DNA from: the human T2T-CHM13v2.0 reference genome, Homo sapiens | Strand: one strand, 5' to 3' | Assembly (NCBI RefSeq): GCF_009914755.1 | Contig: NC_060929.1 | DNA: 64,000 nt | Shown here: positions 21,814-36,085 of the stretch, in pieces | Layout: every line of letters begins with the position of its first letter | How positions within the stretch are numbered: the first letter of the stretch is position 1 | Notes under the pieces: generated by a model | What the model saw: only the letters and a program-made list of their open reading frames with translations | Told to the model about the DNA's origin: nothing | Database searches by the model: none | Position numbers and translations under genes: made by a program

Positions 21814-24531
21814 GAATTCCCAGTAACTTCCTTGTGTTGTGTACATTCAACTCACAGAGTTGAACGTTCCCTTAGACAGAGCAGATTTGAAACACTCTTT
21901 TTGTGCAATTGGCAAGTGGAGATTTCAAGCGCTTTAAGGTCAATGGCAGAAAAGGAAATATCTTCGTTTCAAAACTAGACAGAATCATTCCCACAAACTG
22001 CGTTGTGATGTGTTCGTTCATCTCACAGAGTTTAACCTTTCTTTTCATAGAGCAGTTAGGAAACACTCTGTTTGTAAATTCTGTAAGTGGATATTCTGAC
22101 ATCTTGTGGCCTTCGTTGGAAACGGGATTTCTTCATATTCTGCTAGACAGAAGAATTCTCAGAATCTTCCTTGTGTTGTGTGTATTCAACTCACACAGTT
22201 GAACGATGGTTTACACAGAGCAGATTTGAAACACTCTTTTTGTGGAATTTGCAAGTGGAGATTTCAGCCGCTTTGAGGTCAATGGTAGAAAAGGAAATAT
22301 CTTCGTATAAAAACTAGACAGAATGATTCTCAGAAACTTCTTTGTGATGTGTGCGTTCAACTCACAGAGTTTAACCTTTCTTTTCATAGAGCAGTTAGGA
22401 AACACTCTGTTTGTAAACTCTGCAAGTGGATATTCAGACCTCTTCGAGGCCTTCGTTGGAAACGGGATTTCTTCATACTGTGCTAGACAGAAGAATTCTC
22501 AGTAACTTCCTTGTGTTGTGTGTATTCAACTCACAGAGTTGAACGATCCTTTACACAGAGCAGACTTGAAACACTCTTTTTGTGGAATTTGCAAGTGGAG
22601 ATTTCAGCCGCGTTGAGGTCAATGGTAGAAAAGGAAATATCTTCGTATAAAAACTAGACAGAATGATTCTCAGAAACTCCTTTGAGATGTGTGTGTTCAA
22701 CTCACAGAGTTTAACCTTTCTTTTCATAGAGCAGTTAGGAATCACTCTGTTTGTAAAGTCTGCAAGTGGATATTCAGACCTCTTTGAGGCCTTCGTTGGA
22801 AACGGGTTTTTTTCATATAAGGCTAGACAGAAGAATTCCCAGTAACTTCCTTGTGTTGTGTGTGTTCAACTCACAGAGTTGAACTTTCATTTACACAGAG
22901 CAGATTTGAAACACTCTTTTTGTGGAATTTGCAAATGGAGATTTCAAGCGCTTTGAGGCCAAAGGCAGAAAAGGAAATATCTTCGTATAAAAACTAGACA
23001 GAATCATTCTCAGAAACTGCTCTGCGATGTGTGCGTTCAACTCTCAGAGTTTAACTTTGCTTTTCATTCAGCAGTTTGGAAACACTCTGTTTGTAAAGTC
23101 TGCACGTGGATAATTTGACCACTTAGAGGCCTTCGTTGGAAACGGGTTTTTTTCATGTAAGGCTAGACAGAAGAATTCTCAGTAACTTCCTTGTGTTGTG
23201 TGTATTCAACTCACACAGTTGAACGATCCTTTACACAGAGCAGACTTGTAACACTCTTTTTGTGGAATTTGCAAGTGGAGATTTCAGCCGCTTTGAAGTC
23301 AAAGTAGAAAAGGAAATATCTTCCTATAAAAACTAGACAGAATGATTCTCAGAAACTCCTTTGTGATGTGTGCGTTCAACTCACAGAGTTTAACCTTTCT
23401 TTTCATAGAGCAGTTAGGAAACACTCTGTTTGTAAAGTCTGCAAGTGGATATTCAGACCTCTTTGAGGCCTTCGTTGGAAACGGGATTTTTTCATATAAG
23501 GCTAGACAGAAGAATTCCCAGTAACTTCCTTGTGTTGTGTGTGTTCAACTCACAGAGTTGAACTTTCATTTACACAGAGCAGATTTGAAACACTCTTTTT
23601 GTGGAATTTGCAGGTGGAGATTTCAAGCGCTTTGAGGCCAAAGGCAGAAAAGGAAATATCTTCGTATAAAAACTAGACAGAATCATTCTCAGAAACTGCT
23701 CTGCGATGTGTGCGTTCAACTCTCAGAGTTTAACTTTTCTTTTCATTCAGCAGTTTGGAAACACTCTGTTTGTAAAGTCTGCACGTGGATAATTTGACCA
23801 CTTAGAGGCCTTCGTTGGAAACGGGTTTTTTTCATGTAAGGCTAGACAGAAGAATTCTCAGTAACTTCCTTGTGTTGTGTGTATTCAACTCACAGAGTTG
23901 AACGATCCTTTACACAGAGCAGACTTGTAACACTCTTTTTGTGGAATTTGCAAGTGGAGATTTCAGCCGCTTTGAAGTCAAAGGTAGAAAAGGAAATATC
24001 TTCCTATAAAAACTAGACAGAATGATTCTCAGAAACTCCTTTGTGATGTGTGCGTTCAACTCACAGAGTTTAACCTTTCTTTTCATAGAGCAGTTAGGAA
24101 ACACTCTGCTTGTAAAGTCTGCAAGTGGATATTCAGCCCTCTTTGAGGCCTTCGTTGGAAACGGGTTTTTTTCATATAAGGCTAGACAGAAGAATTCCCA
24201 GTAACTTCCTTGTGTTGTGTGTGTTCAACTCACAGAGTTGAACTTTGATTTACACAGAGCAGATTTGAAACACTCTTTTTGTGGAATTTGCAAGTGGAGA
24301 TTTCAAGCGCTTTGAGGCCAAAGGCAGAAAAGGAAATATCTTCGTATAAAAACTAGACAGAATCATTCTCAGAAACTGCTCTGCGATGTGTGCGTTCAAC
24401 TCTCAGAGTTTAACTTTTCTTTTCATTCAGCAGTTTGGAAACACTCTGTTTGTAAAGTCTGCACGTGGATATTTTGACCACTTAGAGGCCTTCGTTGGAA
24501 ACGGGTTTTTTTCCTGTAAGGCTAGACAGAA
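21814..24531 (+). repeat. HOR 16-mer
   Basis: Spacing 2718 bp. Confidence 0.9.
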
Positions 24532-27250
24532 GAATTCCCAGTAACTTCCTTGTGTTGTGTACATTCAACTCACAGAGTTGAACGTTCCCTTAGACAGAGC
24601 AGATTTGAAACACTCTTTTTGTGCAATTGGCAAGTGGAGATTTCAAGCGCTTTAAGGTCAATGGCAGAAAAGGAAATATCTTCGTTTCAAAACTAGACAG
24701 AATCATTCCCACAAACTGCGTTGTGATGTGTTCGTTCATCTCACAGAGTTTAACCTTTCTTTTCATAGAGCAGTTAGGAAACACTCTGTTTGTAAATTCT
24801 GTAAGTGGATATTCTGACATCTTGTGGCCTTCGTTGGAAACGGGATTTCTTCATATTCTGCTAGACAGAAGAATTCTCAGAATCTTCCTTGTGTTGTGTG
24901 TATTCAACTCACACAGTTGAACGATGGTTTACACAGAGCAGATTTGAAACACTCTTTTTGTGGAATTTGCAAGTGGAGATTTCAGCCGCTTTGAGGTCAA
25001 TGGTAGAAAAGGAAATATCTTCGTATAAAAACTAGACAGAATGATTCTCAGAAACTTCTTTGTGATGTGTGCGTTCAACTCACAGAGTTTAACCTTTCTT
25101 TTCATAGAGCAGTTAGGAAACACTCTGTTTGTAAACTCTGCAAGTGGATATTCAGACCTCTTCGAGGCCTTCGTTGGAAACGGGATTTCTTCATACTGTG
25201 CTAGACAGAAGAATTCTCAGTAACTTCCTTGTGTTGTGTGTATTCAACTCACAGAGTTGAACGATCCTTTACACAGAGCAGACTTGAAACACTCTTTTTG
25301 TGGAATTTGCAAGTGGAGATTTCAGCCGCGTTGAGGTCAATGGTAGAAAAGGAAATATCTTCGTATAAAAACTAGACAGAATGATTCTCAGAAACTCCTT
25401 TGAGATGTGTGTGTTCAACTCACAGAGTTTAACCTTTCTTTTCATAGAGCAGTTAGGAATCACTCTGTTTGTAAAGTCTGCAAGTGGATATTCAGACCTC
25501 TTTGAGGCCTTCGTTGGAAACGGGTTTTTTTCATATAAGGCTAGACAGAAGAATTCCCAGTAACTTCCTTGTGTTGTGTGTGTTCAACTCACAGAGTTGA
25601 ACTTTCATTTACACAGAGCAGATTTGAAACACTCTTTTTGTGGAATTTGCAAGTGGAGATATCAAGCGCTTTGAGGCCAAAGGCAGAAAAGGAAATATCT
25701 TCGTATAAAAACTAGACAGAATCATTCTCAGAAACTGCTCTGCGATGTGTGCGTTCAACTCTCAGAGTTTAACTTTGCTTTTCATTCAGCAGTTTGGAAA
25801 CACTCTGTTTGTAAAGTCTGCACGTGGATAATTTGACCACTTAGAGGCCTTCGTTGGAAACGGGTTTTTTTCATGTAAGGCTAGACAGAAGAATTCTCAG
25901 TAACTTCCTTGTGTTGTGTGTATTCAACTCACAGAGTTGAACGATCCTTTACACAGAGCAGACTTGTAACACTCTTTTTGTGGAATTTGCAAGTGGAGAT
26001 TTCAGGCGCTTTGAAGTCAAAGGTAGAAAAGGAAATATCTTCCTATAAAAACTAGACAGAATGATTCTCAGAAACTCCTTTGTGATGTGTGCGTTCAACT
26101 CACAGAGTTTAACCTTTCTTTTCATAGAGGAGTTAGGAAACACTCTGTTTGTAAAGTCTGCAAGTGGATATTCAGACCTCTTTGAGGCCTTCGTTGGAAA
26201 CAGGTTTTTTTCATATAAGGCTAGACAGAAGAATTCCCAGTAACTTCCTTGTGTTGTGTGTGTTCAACTCACAGAGTTGAACTTTCATTTACACAGAGCA
26301 GATTTGAAACACTCTTTTTGTGGAATTTGCAAGTGGAGATTTCAAGCGCTTTGAGGCCAAAGGCAGAAAAGGAAATATCTTCGTATAAAAACTAGACAGA
26401 ATCATTCTCAGAAACTGCTCTGTGATGTGTGCGTTCAACTCTCAGAGTTTAACTTTTCTTTTCATTCAGCAGTTTGGAAACACTCTGTTTGTAAAGTCTG
26501 CACGTGGATAATTTGACCACTTAGAGGCCTTCGTTGGAAACGGGTTTTTTTCATGTAAGGCTAGACAGAAGAATTCTCAGTAACTTCCTTGTGTTGTGTG
26601 TATTCAACTCACAGAGTTGAACGATCCTTTACACAGAGCAGACTTGTAACACTCTTTTTGTGGAATTTGCAAGTGGAGATTTCAGCCGCTTTGAAGTCAA
26701 AGGTAGAAAAGGAAATATCTTCCTATAAAAACTAGACAGAATGATTCTCAGAAACTCCTTTGTGATGTGTGCGTTCAACTCACAGAGTTTAACCTTTCTT
26801 TTCATAGAGCAGTTAGGAAACACTCTGCTTGTAAAGTCTGCAAGTGGATATTCAGCCCTCTTTGAGGCCTTCGTTGGAAACGGGTTTTTTTCATATAAGG
26901 CTAGACAGAAGAATTCCCAGTAACTTCCTTGTGTTGTGTGTGTTCAACTCACAGAGTTGAACTTTCATTTACACAGAGCAGATTTGAAACACTCTTTTTG
27001 TGGAATTTGCAAGTGGAGATTTCAAGCGCTTTGAGGCCAAAGGCAGAAAAGGAAATATCTTCGTATAAAAACTAGACAGAATCATTCTCAGAAACTGCTC
27101 TGCGATGTGTGCGTTCAACTCTCAGAGTTTAACTTTTCTTTTCATTCAGCAGTTTGGAAACACTCTGTTTGTAAAGTCTGCACGTGGATATTTTGACCAC
27201 TTAGAGGCCTTCGTTGGAAACGGGTTTTTTTCCTGTAAGGCTAGACAGAA
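24532..27250 (+). repeat. HOR 16-mer
   Basis: Spacing 2719 bp. Confidence 0.9.
26189..26205 (+). promoter_or_regulatory. Mutated CENP-B box CTTCGTTGGAAACAGGT (core CGGG->CAGG)
   Basis: G->A at 26202, a core position; echoed in the ORF track as VGNR at 26061. Confidence 0.9.
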
Positions 27251-30200
27251 GAATTCCCAGTAACTTCCTTGTGTTGTGTACATTCAACTCACAGAGTTGA
27301 ACGTTCCCTTAGACAGAGCAGATTTGAAACACTCTTTTTGTGCAATTGGCAAGTGGAGATTTCAAGCGCTTTAAGGTCAATGGCAGAAAAGGAAATATCT
27401 TCGTTTCAAAACTAGACAGAATCATTCCCACAAACTGCGTTGTGATGTGTTCGTTCATCTCACAGAGTTTAACCTTTCTTTTCATAGAGCAGTTAGGAAA
27501 CACTCTGTTTGTAAATTCTGTAAGTGGATATTCTGACATCTTGTGGCCTTCGTTGGAAACGGGATTTCTTCATATTCTGCTAGACAGAAGAATTCTCAGA
27601 ATCTTCCTTGTGTTGTGTGTATTCAACTCACACAGTTGAACGATGGTTTACACAGAGCAGATTTGAAACACTCTTTTTGTGGAATTTGCAAGTGGAGATT
27701 TCAGCCGCTTTGAGGTCAATGGTAGAAAAGGAAATATCTTCGTATAAAAACTAGACAGAATGATTCTCAGAAACTTCTTTGTGATGTGTGCGTTCAACTC
27801 ACAGAGTTTAACCTTTCTTTTCATAGAGCAGTTAGGAAACACTCTGTTTGTAAACTCTGCAAGTGGATATTCAGACCTCTTCGAGGCCTTCGTTGGAAAC
27901 GGGATTTCTTCATACTGTGCTAGACAGAAGAATTCTCAGTAACTTCCTTGTGTTGTGTGTATTCAACTCACAGAGTTGAACGATCCTTTACACAGAGCAG
28001 ACTTGAAACACTCTTTTTGTGGAATTTGCAAGTGGAGATTTCAGCCGCGTTGAGGTCAATGGTAGAAAAGGAAATATCTTCGTATAAAAACTAGACAGAA
28101 TGATTCTCAGAAACTCCTTTGAGATGTGTGTGTTCAACTCACAGAGTTTAACCTTTCTTTTCATAGAGCAGTTAGGAATCACTCTGTTTGTAAAGTCTGC
28201 AAGTGGATATTCAGACCTCTTTGAGGCCTTCGTTGGAAACGGGTTTTTTTCATATAAGGCTAGACAGAAGAATTCCCAGTAACTTCCTTGTGTTGTGTGT
28301 GTTCAACTCACAGAGTTGAACTTTCATTTACACAGAGCAGATTTGAAACACTCTTTTTGTGGAATTTGCAAGTGGAGATATCAAGCGCTTTGAGGCCAAA
28401 GGCAGAAAAGGAAATATCTTCGTATAAAAACTAGACAGAATCATTCTCAGAAACTGCTCTGCGATGTGTGCGTTCAACTCTCAGAGTTTAACTTTGCTTT
28501 TCATTCAGCAGTTTGGAAACACTCTGTTTGTAAAGTCTGCACGTGGATAATTTGACCACTTAGAGGCCTTCGTTGGAAACGGGTTTTTTTCATGTAAGGC
28601 TAGACAGAAGAATTCTCAGTAACTTCCTTGTGTTGTGTGTATTCAACTCACAGAGTTGAACGATCCTTTACACAGAGCAGACTTGTAACACTCTTTTTGT
28701 GGAATTTGCAAGTGGAGATTTCAGGCGCTTTGAAGTCAAAGGTAGAAAAGGAAATATCTTCCTATAAAAACTAGACAGAATGATTCTCAGAAACTCCTTT
28801 GTGATGTGTGCGTTCAACTCACAGAGTTTAACCTTTCTTTTCATAGAGGAGTTAGGAAACACTCTGTTTGTAAAGTCTGCAAGTGGATATTCAGACCTCT
28901 TTGAGGCCTTCGTTGGAAAAGGGTTTTTTTCATATAAGGCTAGACAGAAGAATTCCCAGTAACTTCCTTGTGTTGTGTGTGTTCAACTCACAGAGTTGAA
29001 CTTTCATTTACACAGAGCAGATTTGAAACACTCTTTTTGTGGAATTTGCAAGTGGAGATTTCAAGCGCTTTGAGGCCAAAGGCAGAAAAGGAAATATCTT
29101 CGTATAAAAACTAGACAGAATCATTCTCAGAAACTGCTCTGTGATGTGTGCGTTCAACTCTCAGAGTTTAACTTTTCTTTTCATTCAGCAGTTTGGAAAC
29201 ACTCTGTTTGTAAAGTCTGCACGTGGATATTTTGACCACTTAGAGGCCTTCGTTGGAAACGGGTTTTTTTCATGTAAGGCTAGACAGAAGAGTTCTCAGT
29301 AACTTCCTTGTGTTGTGTGTATTCAACTCACACAGTTGAACGATCCTTTACACAGAGCAGACTTGTAACACTCTTTTTGTGGAATTTGCAAATGGAGATT
29401 TCAGCCGCTTTGAAGTCAAAGTAGAAAAGGAAATATCTTCCTATAAAAACTAGACAGAATGATTCTCAGAAACTCCTTTGTGATGTGTGCGTTCAACTCA
29501 CAGAGTTTAACCTTTCTTTTCATAGAGCAGTTAGGAAACACTCTGTTTGTAAAGTCTGCAAGTGGATATTCAGACCTCTTTGAGGCCTTCGTTGGAAACG
29601 GGTTTTTTTCATATAAGGCTAGACAGAAGAATTCCCAGTAACTTCCTTGTGTTGTGTGTGTTCAACTCACAGAGTTGAACTTTCATTTACACAGAGCAGA
29701 TTTGAAACACTCTTTTTGTGGAATTTGCAGGTGGAGATTTCAAGCGCTTTGAGGCCAAAGGCAGAAAAGGAAATATCTTCGTATAAAAACTAGACAGAAT
29801 CATTCTCAGAAACTGCTCTGCGATGTGTGCGTTCAACTCTCAGAGTTTAACTTTTCTTTTCATTCAGCAGTTTGGAAACACTCTGTTTGTAAAGTCTGCA
29901 CGTGGATAATTTGACCACTTAGAGGCCTTCGTTGGAAACGGGTTTTTTTCCTGTAAGGCTAGACAGAAGAATTCTCAGTAACTTCCTTGTGTTGTGTGTA
30001 TTCAACTCACAGAGTTGAACGATCCTTTACACAGAGCAGACTTGTAACACTCTTTTTGTGGAATTTGCAAGTGGAGATTTCAGCCGCTTTGAAGTCAAAG
30101 GTAGAAAAGGAAATATCTTCCTATAAAAACTAGACAGAATGATTCTCAGAAACTCCTTTGTGATGTGTGCGTTCAACTCACAGAGTTTAACCTTTCTTTT

Positions 30201-30648
30201 CATAGAGCAGTTAGGAAACACTCTGCTTGTAAAGTCTGCAAGTGGATATTCAGCCCTCTTTGAGGCCTTCGTTGGAAACGGGTTTTTTTCATATAAGGCT
30301 AGACAGAAGAATTCCCAGTAACTTCCTTGTGTTGTGTGTGTTCAACTCACAGAGTTGAACTTTGATTTACACAGAGCAGATTTGAAACACTCTTTTTGTG
30401 GAATTTGCAAGTGGAGATTTCAAGCGCTTTGAGGCCAAAGGCAGAAAAGGAAATATCTTCGTATAAAAACTAGACAGAATCATTCTCAGAAACTGCTCTG
30501 CGATGTGTGCGTTCAACTCTCAGAGTTTAACTTTTCTTTTCATTCAGCAGTTTGGAAACTCTCTGTTTGTAAAGTCTGCACGTGGATATTTTGACCACTT
30601 AGAGGCCTTCGTTGGAAACGGGTTTTTTTCCTGTAAGGCTAGACAGAA
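27251..30648 (+). repeat. HOR 20-mer
   Basis: Spacing 3398 bp. Confidence 0.9.
28908..28924 (+). promoter_or_regulatory. Mutated CENP-B box CTTCGTTGGAAAAGGGT (core CGGG->AGGG)
   Basis: C->A at 28920, a core position; echoed in the ORF track as VGKG at 28780. Confidence 0.9.
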
Positions 30649-32687
30649 GAATTCCCAGTAACTTCCTTGTGTTGTGTACATTCAACTCACAGAGTTGAAC
30701 GTTCCCTTAGACAGAGCAGATTTGAAACACTCTTTTTGTGCAATTGGCAAGTGGAGATTTCAAGCGCTTTAAGGTCAATGGCAGAAAAGGAAATATCTTC
30801 GTTTCAAAACTAGACAGAATCATTCCCACAAACTGCGTTGTGATGTGTTCGTTCATCTCACAGAGTTTAACCTTTCTTTTCATAGAGCAGTTAGGAAACA
30901 CTCTGTTTGTAAATTCTGTAAGTGGATATTCTGACATCTTGTGGCCTTCGTTGGAAACGGGATTTCTTCATATTCTGCTAGACAGAAGAATTCTCAGAAT
31001 CTTCCTTGTGTTGTGTGTATTCAACTCACACAGTTGAACGATGGTTTACACAGAGCAGATTTGAAACACTCTTTTTGTGGAATTTGCAAGTGGAGATTTC
31101 AGCCGCTTTGAGGTCAATGGTAGAAAAGGAAATATCTTCGTATAAAAACTAGACAGAATGATTCTCAGAAACTTCTTTGTGATGTGTGCGTTCAACTCAC
31201 AGAGTTTAACCTTTCTTTTCATAGAGCAGTTAGGAAACACTCTGTTTGTAAACTCTGCAAGTGGATATTCAGACCTCTTTGAGGCCTTCGTTGGAAACGG
31301 GATTTCTTCATACTGTGCTAGACAGAAGAATTCTCAGTAACTTCCTTGTGTTGTGTGTATTCAACTCACAGAGTTGAACGATCCTTTACACAGAGCAGAC
31401 TTGAAACACTCTTTTTGTGGAATTTGCAAGTGGAGATTTCAGCCGCGTTGAGGTCAATGGTAGAAAAGGAAATATCTTCGTATAAAAACTAGACAGAATG
31501 ATTCTCAGAAACTCCTTTGAGATGTGTGTGTTCAACTCACAGAGTTTAACCTTTCTTTTCATAGAGCAGTTAGGAATCACTCTGTTTGTAAAGTCTGCAA
31601 GTGGATATTCAGACCTCTTTGAGGCCTTCGTTGGAAACGGGTTTTTTTCATATAAGGCTAGACAGAAGAATTCCCAGTAACTTCCTTGTGTTGTGTGTGT
31701 TCAACTCACAGAGTTGAACTTTCATTTACACAGAGCAGATTTGAAACACTCTTTTTGTGGAATTTGCAAATGGAGATTTCAAGCGCTTTGAGGCCAAAGG
31801 CAGAAAAGGAAACATCTTCGTATAAAAACTAGACAGAATCATTCTCAGAAACTGCTCTGCGATGGGTGCGTTCAACTCTCAGAGTTTAACTTTGCTTTTC
31901 ATTCAGCAGTTTGGAAACACTCTGTTTGTAAAGTCTGCACGTGGATAATTTGACCACTTAGAGGCCTTCGTTGGAAACGGGTTTTTTTCATGTAAGGCTA
32001 GACAGAAGAATTCTCAGTAACTTCCTTGTGTTGTGTGTATTCAACTCACAGAGTTGAACGATCCTTTACACAGAGCAGACTTGTAACACTCTTTTTGTGG
32101 AATTTGCAAGTGGAGATTTCAGCCGCTTTGAAGTCAAAGGTAGAAAAGGAAATATCTTCCTATAAAAACTAGACAGAATGATTCTCAGAAACTCCTTTGT
32201 GATGTGTGCGTTCAACTCACAGAGTTTAACCTTTCTTTTCATAGAGCAGTTAGGAAACACTCTGTTTGTAAAGTCTGCAAGTGGATATTCAGACCTCTTT
32301 GAGGCCTTCGTTGGAAACGGGTTTTTTTCATATAAGGCTAGACAGAAGAATTCCCAGTAACTTCCTTGTGTTGTGTGTGTTCAACTCACAGAGTTGAACT
32401 TTCATTTACACAGAGCAGATTTGAAACACTCTTTTTGTGGAATTTGCAAGTGGAGATTTCAAGCGCTTTGAGGCCAAAGGCAGAAAAGGAAATATCTTCG
32501 TATAAAAACTAGACAGAATCATTCTCAGAAACTGCTCTGCGATGTGTGCGTTCAACTCTCAGAGTTTAACTTTTCTTTTCATTCAGCAGTTTGGAAACAC
32601 TCTGTTTGTAAAGTCTGCACGTGGATATTTTGACCACTTAGAGGCCTTCGTTGGAAACGGGTTTTTTTCCTGTAAGGCTAGACAGAA
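30649..32687 (+). repeat. HOR 12-mer
   Basis: Spacing 2039 bp. Confidence 0.9.
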
Positions 32688-35600
32688 GAATTCCCAGTAA
32701 CTTCCTTGTGTTGTGTACATTCAACTCACAGAGTTGAACGTTCCCTTAGACAGAGCAGATTTGAAACACTCTTTTTGTGCAATTGGCAAGTGGAGATTTC
32801 AAGCGCTTTAAGGTCAATGGCAGAAAAGGAAATATCTTCGTTTCAAAACTAGACAGAATCATTCCCACAAACTGCGTTGTGATGTGTTCGTTCATCTCAC
32901 AGAGTTTAACCTTTCTTTTCATAGAGCAGTTAGGAAACACTCTGTTTGTAAATTCTGTAAGTGGATATTCTGACATCTTGTGGCCTTCGTTGGAAACGGG
33001 ATTTCTTCATATTCTGCTAGACAGAAGAATTCTCAGAATCTTCCTTGTGTTGTGTGTATTCAACTCACACAGTTGAACGATGGTTTACACAGAGCAGATT
33101 TGAAACACTCTTTTTGTGGAATTTGCAAGTGGAGATTTCAGCCGCTTTGAGGTCAATGGTAGAAAAGGAAATATCTTCGTATAAAAACTAGACAGAATGA
33201 TTCTCAGAAACTTCTTTGTGATGTGTGCGTTCAACTCACAGAGTTTAACCTTTCTTTTCATAGAGCAGTTAGGAAACACTCTGTTTGTAAACTCTGCAAG
33301 TGGATATTCAGACCTCTTTGAGGCCTTCGTTGGAAACGGGATTTCTTCATACTGTGCTAGACAGAAGAATTCTCAGTAACTTCCTTGTGTTGTGTGTATT
33401 CAACTCACAGAGTTGAACGATCCTTTACACAGAGCAGACTTGAAACACTCTTTTTGTGGAATTTGCAAGTGGAGATTTCAGCCGCGTTGAGGTCAATGGT
33501 AGAAAAGGAAATATCTTCGTATAAAAACTAGACAGAATGATTCTCAGAAACTCCTTTGAGATGTGTGTGTTCAACTCACAGAGTTTAACCTTTCTTTTCA
33601 TAGAGCAGTTAGGAATCACTCTGTTTGTAAAGTCTGCAGGTGGATATTCAGACCTCTTTGAGGCCTTCGTTGGAAACGGGTTTTTTTCATATAAGGCTAG
33701 ACAGAAGAATTCCCAGTAACTTCCTTGTGTTGTGTGTGTTCAACTCACAGAGTTGAACTTTCTTTTACACAGAGCAGATTTGAAACACTCTTTTTGTGGA
33801 ATTTGCAAATGGAGATTTCAAGCGCTTTGAGGCCAAAGGCAGAAAAGGAAATATCTTCGTATAAAAACTAGACAGAATCATTCTCAGAAACTGCTCTGCG
33901 ATGTGTGCGTTCAACTCTCAGAGTTTAACTTTGCTTTTCATTCAGCAGTTTGGAAACACTCTGTTTGTAAAGTCTGCACGTGGATAATTTGACCACTTAG
34001 AGGCCTTCGTTGGAAACGGGTTTTTTTCATATAAGGCTAGACAGAAGAATTCTCAGTAACTTCCTTGTGTTGTGTGTATTCAACTCACAGAGTTGAACGA
34101 TCCTTTACACAGAGCAGACTTGTAACACTCTTTTTGTGGAATTTGCAAGTGGAGATTTCAGCCGCTTTGAAGTCAAAGGTAGAAAAGGAAATATCTTCCT
34201 ATAAAAACTACACAGAATGATTCTCAGAAACTCCTTTGTGATGTGTTCGTTCAACTCACAGAGTTTAACCTTTCTTTTCATAGAGGAGTTAGGAAACACT
34301 CTGTTTGTAAAGTCTGCAAGTGGATATTCAGACCTCTTTGAGGCCTTCGTTGGAAACGGGTTTTTTTCATATAAGGCTAGACAGAAGAATTCCCAGTAAC
34401 TTCCTTGTGCTGTGTGTGTTCAACTCACAGAGTTGAACTTTCATTTACACAGAGCAGATTTGAAACACTCTTTTTGTGGAATTTGCAAGTGGAGATTTCA
34501 AGCGCTTTGAGGCCAAAGGCAGAAAAGGAAATATCTTCGTATAAAAACTAGACAGAATCATTCTCAGAAACTGCTCTGTGATGTGTGCGTTCAACTCTCA
34601 GAGTTTAACTTTTCTTTTCATTCAGCAGTTTGGAAACACTCTGTTTGTAAAGTCTGCACGTGGATAATTTGACCACTTAGAGGCCTTCGTTGGAAACGGG
34701 TTTTTTTCATGTAAGGCTAGACAGAAGAGTTCTCAGTAACTTCCTTGTGTTGTGTGTATTCAACTCACACAGTTGAACGATCCTTTACACAGAGCAGACT
34801 TGTAACACTCTTTTTGTGGAATTTGCAAATGGAGATTTCAGCCGCTTTGAAGTCAAAGTAGAAAAGGAAATATCTTCCTATAAAAACTAGACAGAATGAT
34901 TCTCAGAAACTCCTTTGTGATGTGTGCGTTCAACTCACAGAGTTTAACCTTTCTTTTCATAGAGCAGTTAGGAAACACTCTGTTTGTAAAGTCTGCAAGT
35001 GGATATTCAGACCTCTTTGAGGCCTTCGTTGGAAACGGGTTTTTTTCATATAAGGCTAGACAGAAGAATTCCCAGTAACTTCCTTGTGTTGTGTGTGTTC
35101 AACTCACAGAGTTGAACTTTCATTTACACAGAGCAGATTTGAAACACTCTTTTTGTGGAATTTGCAGGTGGAGATTTCAAGCGCTTTGAGGCCAAAGGCA
35201 GAAAAGGAAATATCTTCGTATAAAAACTAGACAGAATCATTCTCAGAAACTGCTCTGCGATGTGTGCGTTCAACTCTCAGAGTTTAACTTTTCTTTTCAT
35301 TCAGCAGTTTGGAAACACTCTGTTTGTAAAGTCTGCACGTGGATAATTTGACCACTTAGAGGCCTTCGTTGGAAACGGGTTTTTTTCATGTAAGGCTAGA
35401 CAGAAGAATTCTCAGTAACTTCCTTGTGTTGTGTGTATTCAACTCACAGAGTTGAACGATCCTTTACACAGAGCAGACTTGTAACACTCTTTTTGTGGAA
35501 TTTGCAAGTGGAGATTTCAGCCGCTTTGAAGTCAAAGGTAGAAAAGGAAATATCTTCCTATAAAAACTAGACAGAATGATTCTCAGAAACTCCTTTGTGA

Positions 35601-36085
35601 TGTGTGCGTTCAACTCACAGAGTTTAACCTTTCTTTTCATAGAGCAGTTAGGAAACACTCTGCTTGTAAAGTCTGCAAGTGGATATTCAGCCCTCTTTGA
35701 GGCCTTCGTTGGAAACGGGTTTTTTTCATATAAGGCTAGACAGAAGAATTCCCAGTAACTTCCTTGTGTTGTGTGTGTTCAACTCACAGAGTTGAACTTT
35801 GATTTACACAGAGCAGATTTGAAACACTCTTTTTGTGGAATTTGCAAGTGGAGATTTCAAGCGCTTTGAGGCCAAAGGCAGAAAAGGAAATATCTTCGTA
35901 TAAAAACTAGACAGAATCATTCTCAGAAACTGCTCTGCGATGTGTGCGTTCAACTCTCAGAGTTTAACTTTTCTTTTCATTCAGCAGTTTGGAAACACTC
36001 TGTTTGTAAAGTCTGCACGTGGATATTTTGACCACTTAGAGGCCTTCGTTGGAAACGGGTTTTTTTCCTGTAAGGCTAGACAGAA
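32688..36085 (+). repeat. HOR 20-mer
   Basis: Spacing 3398 bp. Confidence 0.9.
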
